From assembly GCA_964188305.1 (NCBI GenBank), contig OZ076889.1: 64,000 nucleotides of DNA. One strand, 5' to 3'. Below the pieces are notes generated by a model. It did not search any database. It was not told where the DNA came from and saw nothing but the letters and a program-made list of their open reading frames with translations. A program made the position numbers and the translations under genes. Numbering within the stretch: the first letter of the stretch is position 1; the number at the start of each line of letters is the position of its first letter. Shown here piece after piece: positions 1-11,552 of the stretch. Source of the stretch: Podarcis bocagei. Its lineage: Eukaryota.

Positions 1-221
1 CTCTCGCACTTGCGCTGCCAAGCCACACAGGAGGGGCCACTGCACTGGTGCTGCGGCAGGGGTGGGGAGGGGAGTTTCACGCCCCTTTTTGACATGGCTC
101 TGAATCTATCCCTAATGCTACCCAGTCTTAACAGCTCTCCTAAAGGTCTAGAAAGTCACCAGGAAAAGAGGTTTCAAGAGTGGATTTTTGAAGTACTCAA
201 GTGGAACAGTTTGATAATAAT

Positions 222-2093
222 CACTGGTCAACAACAAATTTGTTGTCTGCGTTTTTTCAGTTGACTTAGGACGAATCTGATGCGCTGAATCCAAAAATCA
301 CATTGCTCAATCAGGTCAGGTTTTTGAGCTATGGCCACATGTCATTTTTTACGTTTTTGTTCACATGTACGCATTTTAGAAGAAGTTGGTGGGGGTAAAA
401 TGCCATGTCGAATAATTGTTTTGATTGGAAATGATTATTTTAATGACAAGAAGTATTCAGGTCTGATAGTTCTGGGTGATTATGTCGAAAAGGGATCAGT
501 TTGAATACATAAAACCTCGAAATCTTCCATAAATTGGTGCGGCTGGGATCAACAGAAAGAACCGGAGCAGCCTCAAGTATCCTGATCTTCAATCAGCACG
601 TCGTCCTGTAGCTCATGGTGATGAAATTCCAGTGCCTATCTTCAGAGAACTTCCTGACATTAGTGACGAAGATGCCTCCAGTGTTGAAGGACATGAAGAA
701 GAAGAAGTGGTTCTTGAAGATGATGCTCCACATCCATTTTCCCAAAAGGAGTTGAATGATCTAGTTTGTGATCTCAGCTTGTCAAAGGACTCTGCCGAAC
801 TGTTGGCATCCAGATTGAAGGAAAAAAACCTCCTCTCTGACAGTGCTCGCATCAGCTTTTTCTGCAACAGGCATCAAGAGTACCTCCGTTTTTTCTCGGA
901 AGAGAAGGACTTGGTGTACTGTGCAGACATTGCGCAGCTTCTGCTCAAGCTTGGAGTGCCACAGTATGAACCCAAAGATTGGAGACTGTTCATTGACAGC
1001 AGCAAGCGATCACTGAAATGTGTTCTGCTACACAACGGCAGCCAGTTTGCCTCTATACCCCGGCTGACTCGAGTACACTGAAGGAGAACTATGAAGCGGT
1101 GAAGTATGTGCTGGAGAAAATTGGTTATGATCAGCATAAGTGGTTTATTTGTGTTGACCTGAAGATGATGAACTTTTTGTTGAGACAACAGTCTGGCTTC
1201 ACCAAGTACCCATGTTTTCTGTGCATGTGGGATAGTAGGGACCGTGCTCAGCATTACACGAAGAAGGACTGGCCTGTGCGGGAGGAATTGGTGCCTTGCA
1301 AAGAAAGGAACGTCATCAACGACCCTCTGGTGGACAGAGACAGAATACTCTTCCCACCGCTGCACATCAAGCTTGGCTTAATCAAGCAGTTCACCAAGGC
1401 TCTGGACATGGATGGTGACTGCTTCACTTACTTGTGCCAGGCTTTTCCAGGATTGACCATGGAGAAGTTGAAAGCTGGCATCTTTGACGGTCCTCAGATC
1501 CATCAGCTCATCAGAGATCCAGAGTTTGGAAACTCAATGAATGAAGTGGAACTGGAAGCGTGGAAGGCATTTGTTCTGGTAGTGAAGAACTTTCTTGGCA
1601 ACAATAAGGCCAGAAACTACACAGAACTTGTCAACAACATGCTGACTGCTTTCAGAAACCTGGGCTGCAACGAGCGTCAAGATGCACTACCTATTTTCAC
1701 ATATGGACCGGTTTCCTGAGAAGCTGGGTTCAATGAGTGACGAGCAGGGGGAGAGATTCCATCAGGACATGAAAGAGATGGAGACCAGGTATCAGGGTCG
1801 CTGGGACGCAGTTATGATGGCTGACCACTGTTTGACTCTGAAAAGAGACCTCCCTGCCGCTGAGCATTCCAGGAGTTCCAAGAAATGGAAGTTCAAGCCC
1901 TGAAGTTTGAAAAATGGTGAAGCAACATGCAATTTACGTGTACTTACCTTTATTACCCACCATTCAGTTTACAGTAAACCTGACCTGGTGGAGAGAAACG
2001 GATGCCGTTTCCTGATTCAGCAGTGCAAAAATACCCTAAATCAGTTGTAGAAATCTAGACAACATTCAAAAAGTAAAAAATTGTAGCCCAGTG
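222..2093 (+). mobile_element. Chapaev-type (CMC/Chapaev3-like) DNA transposon, internally deleted, in a NAV1 intron
   Basis: Termini CACTGGTCAACAA (222) and TTGTAGCCCAGTG (2093) are imperfect inverted repeats of CAC...GTG type. Subterminal inverted motifs: GCTGAATC 284-291 / GATTCAGC 2014-2021 and CAGGTCAGGTTT 312-323 / AAACCTGACCTG 1976-1987. Encloses a transposase-like reading frame. No clean TSD (AAT left, ATA right). Confidence 0.85.
545..1903 (+). pseudogene. Chapaev-like DDE transposase pseudogene (N-terminus missing, two frameshifts)
   Basis: ORFs 632-1081, 1018-1719 and 1682-1903 join into one protein: KYPDLQSARRPVAH...WRLFIDSSKRSLKCVLLHNG...CVDLK...GFTKYPCFLCMWDSR...PPLHIKLGLIKQF...KLKAGIFDGPQI...LGCN/MHYLFSH...SDEQGERFHQD...YQGRW. 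Frameshifts near 1060 and 1671. Confidence 0.88.
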
Positions 2094-5000
2094 ATAGTAT
2101 CCTACCACTGCAGCAGTTTGGTTCTGTCCTGTCCCTCAACACTTAAGGGTTTTTTTAAACTCCTGCCCCTCAAATATATATTTGGTTACTGCAGGCTGTG
2201 CGTACCATCATCCTCCACACTCAGTTGTTGCAAGAGGAGGAAATATATCGTAAGAATATTGATGAATGTGTTTAATATAGTCATTTCCCATGCTGGGAAA
2301 TTGTCAATTTTTTTCCTTTGCTAATTGAACAGTTTCTCTTCTGTCAAGAGAACCCTCCAAATTCAGGAACTGTTTGCAGACATTGTTTGTGCCATAATGT
2401 AATCCATTCCACCCTGAAAACTTGTTGAAGAGTGAGGTATAAATCCCTTACAATTAAATAAATTAATGGATTAAGAATCCACTCTCAGCAGTTTGGTTGT
2501 GGCTTCCAAATCCAGTCTAAACTTTGTTTGCATTTCTTTGTCTGTCTAGACAAAGGTTTCGTTGGGCCATAAATTCCCAGCATCCCTGATCACTGGCTCT
2601 GCATACTGAGAGTCCCAGCAACTTCTGGGGTCGGGGATACAGGTTCCCCATCCATGTTCTAGAATTGCACTCCTTAACAGCACACTCCTTTGCATGCACA
2701 TCTGTTCAAAAATAAGCCTCACTGAACTCAGTGGGTCCTACTCCCAGGTAAGTGTGTACAGGACTGCAGCCTAAGTGGCCAGATGATGAGGTTCAATAGA
2801 GCATGGCGCCCACCCACCCACCAATTTCTGCCACACCATCCCATAGCTGCCACAGGTCAGAGCAAGTCAGAGAGCTGGAAGATAGAAAGTGATTTCTCAC
2901 ATGTACGACATGACAAGTGCTCTTTGAAGCCTCCTGAAAGGGTAGCAGAGGTTCAAGCTCTGAGACAGCTCCAGTCCCCTGGCCTCTTGTGTGCCCTCAG
3001 ACTGGCTTGTGAGGTGGGTGGGTGGGAGGGAGATAGAAAAACCCAGTTCCAATAGTGCCTCCACCCATTACAGTGGCTATTCTCCCTGCTACTGTCTCAA
3101 TACATGTGTGGATTGATGCCTGTTTTGTGTGCATGTTGCATGTTCCGCCTGAGCATTGTTGGGATCACAAGTTGACTATTCCCCTCAAGAGAAAAGCACA
3201 CGGCTGTGTTGGTCTTGACTCGTTTCTCTGGCTTCTTCCTTTTCTGTAATATTGATTGAACCATTACATGTTAGAAGAAGGAGGGCTGCTTCTCTGTAAT
3301 CTCTCTTCAGCTGGATCTTGAGATGCAAGATAAACGACACAGATCTTAGCATCCCAGCCTAATTCCATTCCATTAATAATTGGGAAAGAGTTGCATATTT
3401 TATGGAGAAGGAGAGCAGCCTGCCATTCTTACTTGTAGGTTTGGCAGGCCCTGAGGATTGGAGTGCCAAAGGAGAGGTGAAGCTCTCTCATTGTATGAAT
3501 CTGCTGTAAGCAAGTCCGGTTGGGCACATACAGCTTCCAAGTGCACAAGTCAGGAGAGCTCCTAGTTACAGCACCAATGACCAGAGGCAATATTGCTTGT
3601 TGTCTTCCCTGCTGCTATGAATTCTTAGAATCATTGAGTTGGAAGGGACCCCAAGGGTCATCTGAGCACAAGGAGTTAGATACCAAAACATCTAGAAGTT
3701 GGAGAAAAAGTCCTACCATGGTAGTGGGTACAATCCTTTGTGAGATATGAAGTTATTCCACTCACCCCAGTGGTAAGTCAGATGCCTCTATTAGTTACAG
3801 CAGCTGATACTTGGAATGTGGGACAAAAGGAATGTGACATTCTTTTAAGAATGTCACATTCCCTGGGTAGCAATTTATTTATTTATTTATTGAATTATAC
3901 CCCACTTTTCTTCTGTGATGGAACCCAAGGCACACATAGGGCTTCCATCCAGGCAGTGGCCAGACCTCCATAGCTTCAGCAAAGTTGCTGATGATGAAAG
4001 GGTTTGGGGTGGTCCACCTTCTCTCACTATCTACCCCTGCCCATAGGTTAAGCTATAGTGCTCTGAAAAAGAATTGAGTAAGCTAGGATGGATGTTTGGG
4101 AAGTATAAATGGGCTTTTGCTCTTTCCAGGTAGGGCTGCAGTTATTAGTGTGAGGAGAACAGCAGCTAACTTTAGGCTGTCTTAACTTAGTCCTCACCCT
4201 CCCCTAAAAATGCATTTGCTTCGAGAGGTAGTAGTGATAGATTGTAAGTAGGTGTGCTGCCCACAGCAATCACCCCCTCCCCAATCCAAAACCTTCTCTA
4301 CATAGTGGCATGCAGTACCACTATTTGTGTGCATGGATCAAGCTGCCAACTATATTAGGCCACCACTACTCCTGCCTATTTAGAAAGATGCAAGAAGCCT
4401 GGAACACTCTGAATGAAAGGATATGTCCTTTTGCATGACAATGACAGCACTTCAGTGCATGGACTCAGCTAGTCGGTGGCATGTTGCACTGGCTATTAAT
4501 TGTTCTGCATGTTTGGACAAGTCCATGTCTTAGGCTGCTAAACTGCCCTTGTTTCCTTCAATATTAGATAGCGTAGGATGTTGTATTTTACATTCCCACT
4601 CAAGATATGGAAAGAGAATCTGGCCTGTGTCTTCCTTCACAATCTTTGACAGATCACTTATCCTTTAGGAACCACAGGCCATGCCTGTGTTCTGTATGTT
4701 CCTTGGTTCCTCCTTATATGTGTGATTTAAAAGTTCAGCTTCCCCAAGGGCTCAGATTTTTGGTTACCAACCATGAGAGCTGCTGGGGTTTTTTTGTGAT
4801 AGGAATAATAATACAGAATCCTTTTGGCTTCCTTGCCAGCAGTCTTTCATAAGTGACATAAGTGATTTTGCTCCCTGGAGTCTCAGAGCCCAAGCTATGG
4901 AACTGGCATGCTTGGAAACAGCAAGAATTGCTGCCGATTCCTTGTTCTGAACACTCTGGAATCTACTACTTGATTTCTTGGGGAGCATAATTAAGATGCA

Positions 5001-5492
5001 CTTAACGCAAATTTGATACCTTGTGTCACTTCAGCTACCTTTATATGCTTGCATTCAAGTTCTTGAAAGCCTGCTCAATAAAGGTAGATTTTTAAAATAT
5101 CTTCCATTCTGACAGTCCATTATTATAGAGGGAGTGGGAATTCTTAAAAAGTTGTGGGTATGGATCAATAATTAATTAAAACCAGGGGGATGGCTCTGTG
5201 TATATACTTTCTTTAAATAGGTTTTGTGCTTGGAGAGTATTACTGTAAAAAATAGTGTCCTCTGGGGTGATGGGGTAGTATTAGAGCTTGGGTAGCAGAC
5301 CAAAAGGGGAAGCCAAGTTTCTGAGTGTCCTGAAAACTATGAACTGTTCACAGCATGCAATGTAACAGAGGTTAGATGGCACAGGCTGCCTCTGCCGCCT
5401 CCTTGCCCCATGGTGCAGCATCCTCTGTTTTCCAGCAGTCAGCCTCAGAGGGCTTTTTCAAGCTTTTCTCACTTCTCCATTTTCCCCTTCAG

Positions 5493-5689
5493 TTGAGGAG
5501 CTCTTTCAACAAGGCTTTCAGCATCAAGAAGGGCCCAAAATCTGCCTCCTCCTATTCCGACATAGAGGAGATCGCCACCCCAGATTCTTCTGCGCCATCG
5601 TCCCCCAAACTACAACATGGATCCACGGAGACAGCCTCGCCCTCCATCAAATCTTCCAACTCCTCTTCTGTGGGCATTGATAACACTGA
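5493..5689 (+). CDS. NAV1: NAV1 internal coding exon (LRSSFNKAFSIKKGPKSASSYSDIEEIATPDSSAPSSPKLQHGSTETASPSIKSSNSSSVGIDNT)
   Basis: Acceptor ttccccttcAG, donor GTAAGT; 197 nt, ends phase 2; peptide matches recalled NAV1. Confidence 0.95.
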
Positions 5690-6086
5690 GTAAGTCCACT
5701 CTCCAGGGAGTGAAGCTAGGGGTGGCTGCATGGACAAGTTACACCTGGAAAAACTTAAGTCTGCTATGCCTTGTATCTGATCATATTGTACAGTATGCTG
5801 CAGGTGGCCTCAGGTTCTTGGAACTGTGATATGAACATTAAGAACCTTGGTGGAGGGGCACTAAGCAGGTGGCTGAGTGACCATTTACAGAGCACCTTTT
5901 CCAGTAATATGTATGCACTGGAAAGAACTCGTGCTCTGGCAGGAGAGGGCAGCAGTGAGCAAAGATTCAAAAGCAGCACTCCTCAGCTGGGCCAGGCTGG
6001 CCCATTCAGTTGCTACCATAGTCCTTGCTGGTGCTTGCAGACTTTTCCTTGCACCATGTCTAAATTTCTGCTCATCCTTTGCACAG

Positions 6087-6249
6087 GTTGTTCCAGGCCA
6101 ATGAAGAAGAGGAGCCTGAGAAAAAGGAGGTCTCAGAGCTGCGCTCAGAGCTGTGGGAGAAGGAAATGAAACTGACCGACATACGTTTGGAGGCCCTAAA
6201 CTCTGCCCATCAGCTGGACCAACTGCGCGAAACTATGCACAACATGCAG
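6087..6249 (+). CDS. NAV1: NAV1 coding exon, coiled coil (ELFQANEEEEPEKKEVSELRSELWEKEMKLTDIRLEALNSAHQLDQLRETMHNMQ)
   Basis: Acceptor cctttgcacAG, donor GTGGGC; phase 2 to 0 fits the neighbouring exons. Confidence 0.93.
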
Positions 6250-6996
6250 GTGGGCATGATGTGCCCTGAAAAGCTAGCACCTCTCTGAGGCTGCAGATCT
6301 TTGGCTATTGCTGGGTCTCCATGCTCTTGACAGCAATTTTCTAAGCATTTTCTGTTGGTCAATTTGTTTCTTTCGCAAAGAGACAAAGCAGGCTGCATGA
6401 ATGCCCTTCACTTGGCCCGGTGCCTGCTGGCAAGACACCATCATGAGACAGGTTACAGAAAAGATGGGGAGCCTGTAATGTTCCAGATGTTGGACTCTCC
6501 ACTCCCATTAGCTCCAGCCAGTGTAGTTGATAGTCAGGGGATGACAGAAGTTACAGACCAGCAGCATATGGAGGGCCACAGGTTTCCCATCACTGGGTTG
6601 CATTTGCCTTATTCATTGGAGTGTCCTTATTTCCTGACATTGGTCCAGTAGCAATCTTCTAAGCAAATTCATTGTTGCAAGGAAACTCCACAGAAGTACA
6701 TTATCTGGAGCAGAGTTGAGAGAGATGGCAGCAACAGTTTCTGAAGCTGAAACAGCTGCTTTGTTTGGGCAGCATTTTGAGAGACAGGCCACGAGCCATT
6801 TAAATCAGGCTCTCCTGGTAGGAAAGGGACCCTTGGATGGAATTTGGCTGTGAAATACTCTTTTTCCAATGTGCAACCCTTGGGGAATGCTCTGTCTGTT
6901 AGGATTTTCTGCTGTAGTCTCCTTTTTAGGCTGTGGGAAGCCTTAATGTTATCAGCACTCTCATTCCTGCCACTGCTGTCTTTTCATTCCCTGTAG

Positions 6997-7171
6997 CTGG
7001 AAGTGGATCTATTGAAAGCTGAGAACGACCGGCTGAAGGTGGTCCCTGGGCCCTCGTCTGTGCCAAGCTCCATCCCAAGTCATGTCTTGAGCTCATCTGC
7101 CGCCTCTTCCCCAAGGCGCTCTCTAGGGCTCCAGCTCACTCACCCTTTCAGTCCCAGTTTGACTGATACAG
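6997..7171 (+). CDS. NAV1: NAV1 coding exon (LEVDLLKAENDRLKV...SPRRSLGLQLTHPFSPSLTDT)
   Basis: Acceptor ttccctgtAG, donor GTATGA; phase 0 to 1. Confidence 0.95.
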
Positions 7172-8102
7172 GTATGAAGCCGAGACAGAGACACAGAGAG
7201 AAAGGCTGAAGAGCTTTTGATACTAGTTCATTTGCTGTTGCAAAATCTCTGCTTCTGTTTTTTCAAGATATTTTCTTTGTGGAACAGGGATGGGAAAGAG
7301 GTGAGAAGGAAGATTTGAGATCACCTTTGAATGGGTTGTGGGGACAGTGGCCTAGTTGTGCCTTTCATCAGGAATTTGGAGAATGGGAACAGTTTACAAC
7401 ATACTTGCAATAACAGAAACAAAAAAGGGACTCGTTGGCATGATTTAAATAAACATTTACAACTTTATTTACAGAGATCAAGACATATATTTAGCGATAA
7501 CAGAACATTATGTGGCAGAATGCAGCAGAATGTAACATTTGATGTAACAAACCAGAAATGGAAGTTGGGGGAACTCAACAGGGAAGGGGAAAAGTAGCAA
7601 ATGGATGCTAAATGAGATACTGAATAATTGTTATGAGGGGGAAAAAATCAATAAAAATATTTTTTTAAAAAAACAAACAGTGATGGCACCCACCAAAAAA
7701 AAAAGGGGGGGATTTGGTTACAGTGACATTTGGTCACATACTACAAATACTATGTTGATGCCATTGCTTTATTGACAACTTACTGATTGTATCTTAGTGG
7801 GAGAACCTACAAGGGGGTGAGACTAGGTCCAGGGCCAGAGAAGAGGTGCTGCACTGAAGACTAACAGGAGGTGGTTCTTGTGCTGGAGAGAGTGAAAAGT
7901 TGTATCAACCAAACTTGGGGGGGGGGGGGTGTCCTGGACTGTATAGGGGAACCACTATGGCAGAGTCCAAAAGACACTAAACTGTAGAATTATAGAGGAA
8001 AGAAATATTTCACTTTGACACATGGGGATTCCTGGAAATACCATCCTATGTCAATGGTTTCTACTTCTGCACAGTGTGTATACTTATTTTCCCCTTCTCT
8101 AG

Positions 8103-8200
8103 AGCTTTCGCCGATGGATGGCATCAGTGCTGGCACCCAGAGGGATGAGGTGACACTACGAATTGTAGTGCGCATGCCACCTCAGCACATCATCAAAGGG
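8103..8200 (+). CDS. NAV1: NAV1 coding exon (ELSPMDGISAGTQRDEVTLRIVVRMPPQHIIKG)
   Basis: Acceptor ccccttctctAG, donor GTAAGC; phase 1 to 0. Confidence 0.95.
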
Positions 8201-8348
8201 GTAAGCATCAATGGAAAAGTGGGGAGAGGCATTACCCAGCTGCAATGTATGGTGTGAGGACAATGCTAGTTGATCCAGTTGCCATTGTAAACTAGTAGCA
8301 GCAGATTCCAAATCTCAGCTGCCTTTATATCTTGCTTTTGGCTTCCAG

Positions 8349-8444
8349 GACCTGAAGCAGCAAGAATTCTATCTGGGCAGTAGCAAAGTGAGTGGGAAAC
8401 TGGATTGGAAAATGCTGGATGAAGCCGTCTGTCAGGTCTTCAAG
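8349..8444 (+). CDS. NAV1: NAV1 coding exon (DLKQQEFYLGSSKVSGKLDWKMLDEAVCQVFK)
   Basis: Translated by hand (not in the ORF track); acceptor ggcttccAG, donor GTGAGA; 96 nt, phase 0 to 0. Confidence 0.95.
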
Positions 8445-8941
8445 GTGAGATGCTAACAGCAACTTTGTAGTTGTGATAACATCTTCAGAAACTTCATTCC
8501 ACATTTCTGGGATGCTGAACCAAGTTCTACACCTCTTACCCTGTCCTGCATAGCATACATGGTTCTCTTTCCCCTCATTTTATGCTTGCAGCAACTCTGC
8601 AAGGTAGCTAAGGGTAAGGTTATGTAGTGGCTGGCCCAAAGTCATCCAGGAGGAACTCCCTTCTCAAAGCCTCTTCTAATGACTTCCAGCAACCCGATAA
8701 AAACTCTTTGGTTTGCCCAGACATCTGGAGGTTTGTGAGTGAGCGAGTGCCTGTTTCTGTTTTAATTTACTACTAGTGGTTGTGGTTCTTCTTTTATTTT
8801 TGCACTGATTGCTATTTTATTTGGTTAAAAAAAATAAAAAAAAATTGCAAGCTACCCCAAGAATTGTGGTTAGTAGTGGATACTTGTCTAGCATCAGGCT
8901 TACTCCTGACCTGAACCAAGCTACTCCTTGTCTTCACTCAG

Positions 8942-9101
8942 GACTATGTCACCAAGATGGACCCTGCTCTCACACTGGGGCTCAGCATTGAGTCTGTCTA
9001 TGGTTATAGCATCAGCCACATCAAGCGAGTCTTGGACACAGAGCCACCAGAAATGCCGCCTTGCCGACGGGGTGTGACCAGCATCGCTGTGACATTGAAA
9101 G
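8942..9101 (+). CDS. NAV1: NAV1 coding exon (DYVTKMDPALTLGLSIESVYGYSISHIKRVLDTEPPEMPPCRRGVTSIAVTLK)
   Basis: Acceptor tcttcactcAG, donor GTACCA; phase 0 to 1. Confidence 0.95.
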
Positions 9102-9299
9102 GTACCACCACAGCTATCTTGACACGCATTTATTACCAGTGATATGCCAGGCCACCTCTGCTTGATCCTTTGCTTCTATCTGGTTCAGTTCCAAACAGGG
9201 TCAAAGGGCGGGGTAGAAAGCAACATGGACCTCTAAATTAGAGAGCCTCTGGAAAGCACTACTGAAGTCAGAAGAGGCAGTGGCGAGCTGCTAAATGCA

Positions 9300-9432
9300 G
9301 CACTGGAACCCTGGTCTTCCGTAAGTTACTGAACTACAGCTCCCATCATCCCTGGCCACTGGCCATGCTTTCTGGGGCTGATGGGAGTTGTAGTTCAGCA
9401 AACATCTGGTGGGCCAAAGGTTCCCCACATCT
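9300..9432. repeat. Palindromic MITE-like squamate repeat (ACTACAACTCCCATCA...TGATGGGAGTTGTAGT family)
   Basis: Arms 9329-9348 and 9379-9398 are 19/20 complementary. Degenerate copies at ~2555-2655, 6465-6595, 31785-31915, 42850-42990, 53360-53410, 56955-57010 and 60325-60440. Confidence 0.7.
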
Positions 9433-9499
9433 GCTGTAGGTGAAAACCTATGTTTGGCTTTACTGAAAGGAATATATACTGCAATGTGGCTGCTAAAAA

Positions 9500-10015
9500 T
9501 ATCGAATGTGATCTTAGGCTGCGTTAATAGTGTCCAGATCACAAGACGTAATAGTTCTGCATCTTAAGTACATACTGTCCAGTTCTGGGCACCACACTGA
9601 CAAATAGGGGAGCATTTCTGGAAGAGAGCAGACAGCATGGTGAGGGATCTGGAAACTTCAGTCTTTTGAGGAATTGTTGAAAGGGCTGGGTATATGTAGG
9701 GTATGAAGATAAAAAGATATTAAGGAGAGACATGATTGCAGTCTTCAGATACCTGAGGTGAAGTAAAGGAGGAGCTGCAGCAATTCTTTTTCTCCCTTGC
9801 TCCATAGGCAGCAGATTTCAGCTAAACATTAGGAGAAACTTACTAATGGTAATCCCCCCCCCCACTCTGAACAGACTGTCTTTGGAGATAGTGGGCTCTC
9901 CGTTTACTGGAGGCTTTTAAGCTGAAGCTGGGATGCTATCAGTTAGGTCTGCTGTGGCTGTATCCTGCATACAGCAAGGGGTTGAACCGCATGACCTCTT
10001 AGGTCCCTTTTAACT
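9500..10015 (+). mobile_element. Degenerate CR1 LINE 3' fragment
   Basis: CR1-type strings TTAGGCTGCGTTAATAG, CCAGTTCTGGGCACCAC, GGAGAGACATGATTGCAGTCTTCAGATACCTGA, and tail GGGGTTGAAC...ATGACCTCTTAGGTCCCTT. Confidence 0.75.
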
Positions 10016-10513
10016 AAGATGGTTATAAATATTATTCCTGTAGTTCTGATACAGAGTTGAAATATTGGTGCCGTATCCCATTTCAGACTCTTTATCTAAA
10101 CCATAATTTAGATTATTAGGATCAAACAGCGGTGAACTTTGCACATTCTCCACCTTTACATCTTTGTATTGAAAAGGAGAAGGAGATATAATTTTCTCCT
10201 TAAAACACACCCCAGTTCCGTTCTTCTACCAACTGTGGTTTGTTCTAACAAAACTTAGCTAAAACAAACCTCCTGGCTTTCAAACTTAGGTCGGAACAAA
10301 TCTCTCAGACCAGAGAGATAGATATCAGACTGCTATACATGAAGTAGTGATATATTTACTCAAGAAGAAACAGTGTCCCCACATCATGAAAAGGCTGGGG
10401 AGGATTTCTTTTGGAGGAAAGAGCCTACCATGGCGGAAAAGGGAACCGCAAATGTTATTAAAGTCCTGAGTGTGAGAGGGGAGGCATTTCAACAGCTGCA
10501 TTCTTCTACACAG

Positions 10514-10749
10514 GTTTGAAAGAGAAGTGTGTGGACAGCTTGGTGTTTGAGACCCTTATCCCCAAGCCCATGATGCAGCACTACATAAGCCTTCTGCTCA
10601 AGCACCGCCGCCTTATCCTTTCTGGGCCAAGTGGAACTGGCAAAACCTACCTAACGAATCGTCTGGCTGAGTATTTGGTGGAGCGCTCAGGCCGCGAAGT
10701 CACTGATGGCATTGTCAACACTTTCAACATGCACCAGCAGTCATGCAAG
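10514..10749 (+). CDS. NAV1: NAV1 coding exon, AAA+ ATPase Walker A (GPSGTGKT)
   Basis: GLKEKCVDSLVFETLIPKPMMQHYISLLLKHRRLILSGPSGTGKTYLTNRLAEY...HQQSCK; acceptor ctacacAG, donor GTGTGA; phase 1 to 0. Confidence 0.97.
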
Positions 10750-11400
10750 GTGTGAAACTCCTTGCCTGGGACTGTCTACTTGGGAATTTCTGCACTTCCG
10801 TGTTCTCTGATCCCTAGCACAGCCCTGCTTGATTACCTTCATTCCTAAGTCACAGACTCCTTGTAATTTCAGGTGGAAGAACCTTAGGCATACTAGTTGC
10901 AATCCTTGACCCCCCAACACAACTCTGTACATATCTACCCAGAACCCTGTGAGTTCAGTTGAACTTACTCCCTAGTAAGTAGGTATTACGGTAGCAGGTA
11001 TAAGAGGAATTAAACATAGTGCTAAGCACTTCTTCAGCATGAGCATTTCTGCTTGCCTGGTGGAATTTTCTACCCTCTGCTCCACCCACACATTGTCCTG
11101 TGGGTTCTCACAATCCCCCTCCCCAAAGCCTTTTGGGGTATTGCCCCTTTGTGCTAATAGAAGTCCTTGCATGGTCTTCCACAGACAAGGCTTATCCCTC
11201 CCATATTCTTCATCACCAGCCTTTTGCCAATGTGGCCCTCCAATCCAAACTAGCCATCCTCAATTCTAAGCCCAGTTCTCAGCCAGGGGAAATCACTATT
11301 CCTTATATCCTTGCATTTCTTCTTATACTAATATGTAGTGTGTGTGTGTGTATTCTACACGCTGATACAGTGACTTCCATTTTGCATCTTTCTTTACCAG

Positions 11401-11552
11401 GACCTGCAGCTTTACCTCTCCAATCTGGCCAATCAGATTGATCGGGAAACAGGGATAGATGTGCCATTGGTCATCCTTCTTGATGACCTCAGTGAGCCTG
11501 GCTCTATCAGCGAGCTTGTCAATGGAGCACTCACGTGCAAGTACCACAAATG
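11401..11552 (+). CDS. NAV1: NAV1 coding exon, Walker B-like (DLQLYLSNLANQIDRETGIDVPLVILLDDLSEPGSISELVNGALTCKYHK)
   Basis: Acceptor tctttaccAG, donor GTGAGA; phase 0 to 2. Confidence 0.95.

Noticed and set aside
613-1365. Minus-strand ORFs of 84 and 163 aa
   Set aside because: Antisense shadows of the transposase frame.
4047-4077. Possible small exon (cccctgcccatAG...GTAAGC)
   Set aside because: 31 nt, frame-shifting, with an in-frame TAG in phase 0; does not encode the expected microexon.
6033-6086. Alternative upstream acceptor gcttgcAG at 6040
   Set aside because: Puts the exon out of frame with the phase-2 donor at 5689.
11470-11487. Walker B reading VILLDD instead of hhhhDE as a lineage-specific loss
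   Set aside because: I recall the same LLDD in human NAV1, so it is a family trait.
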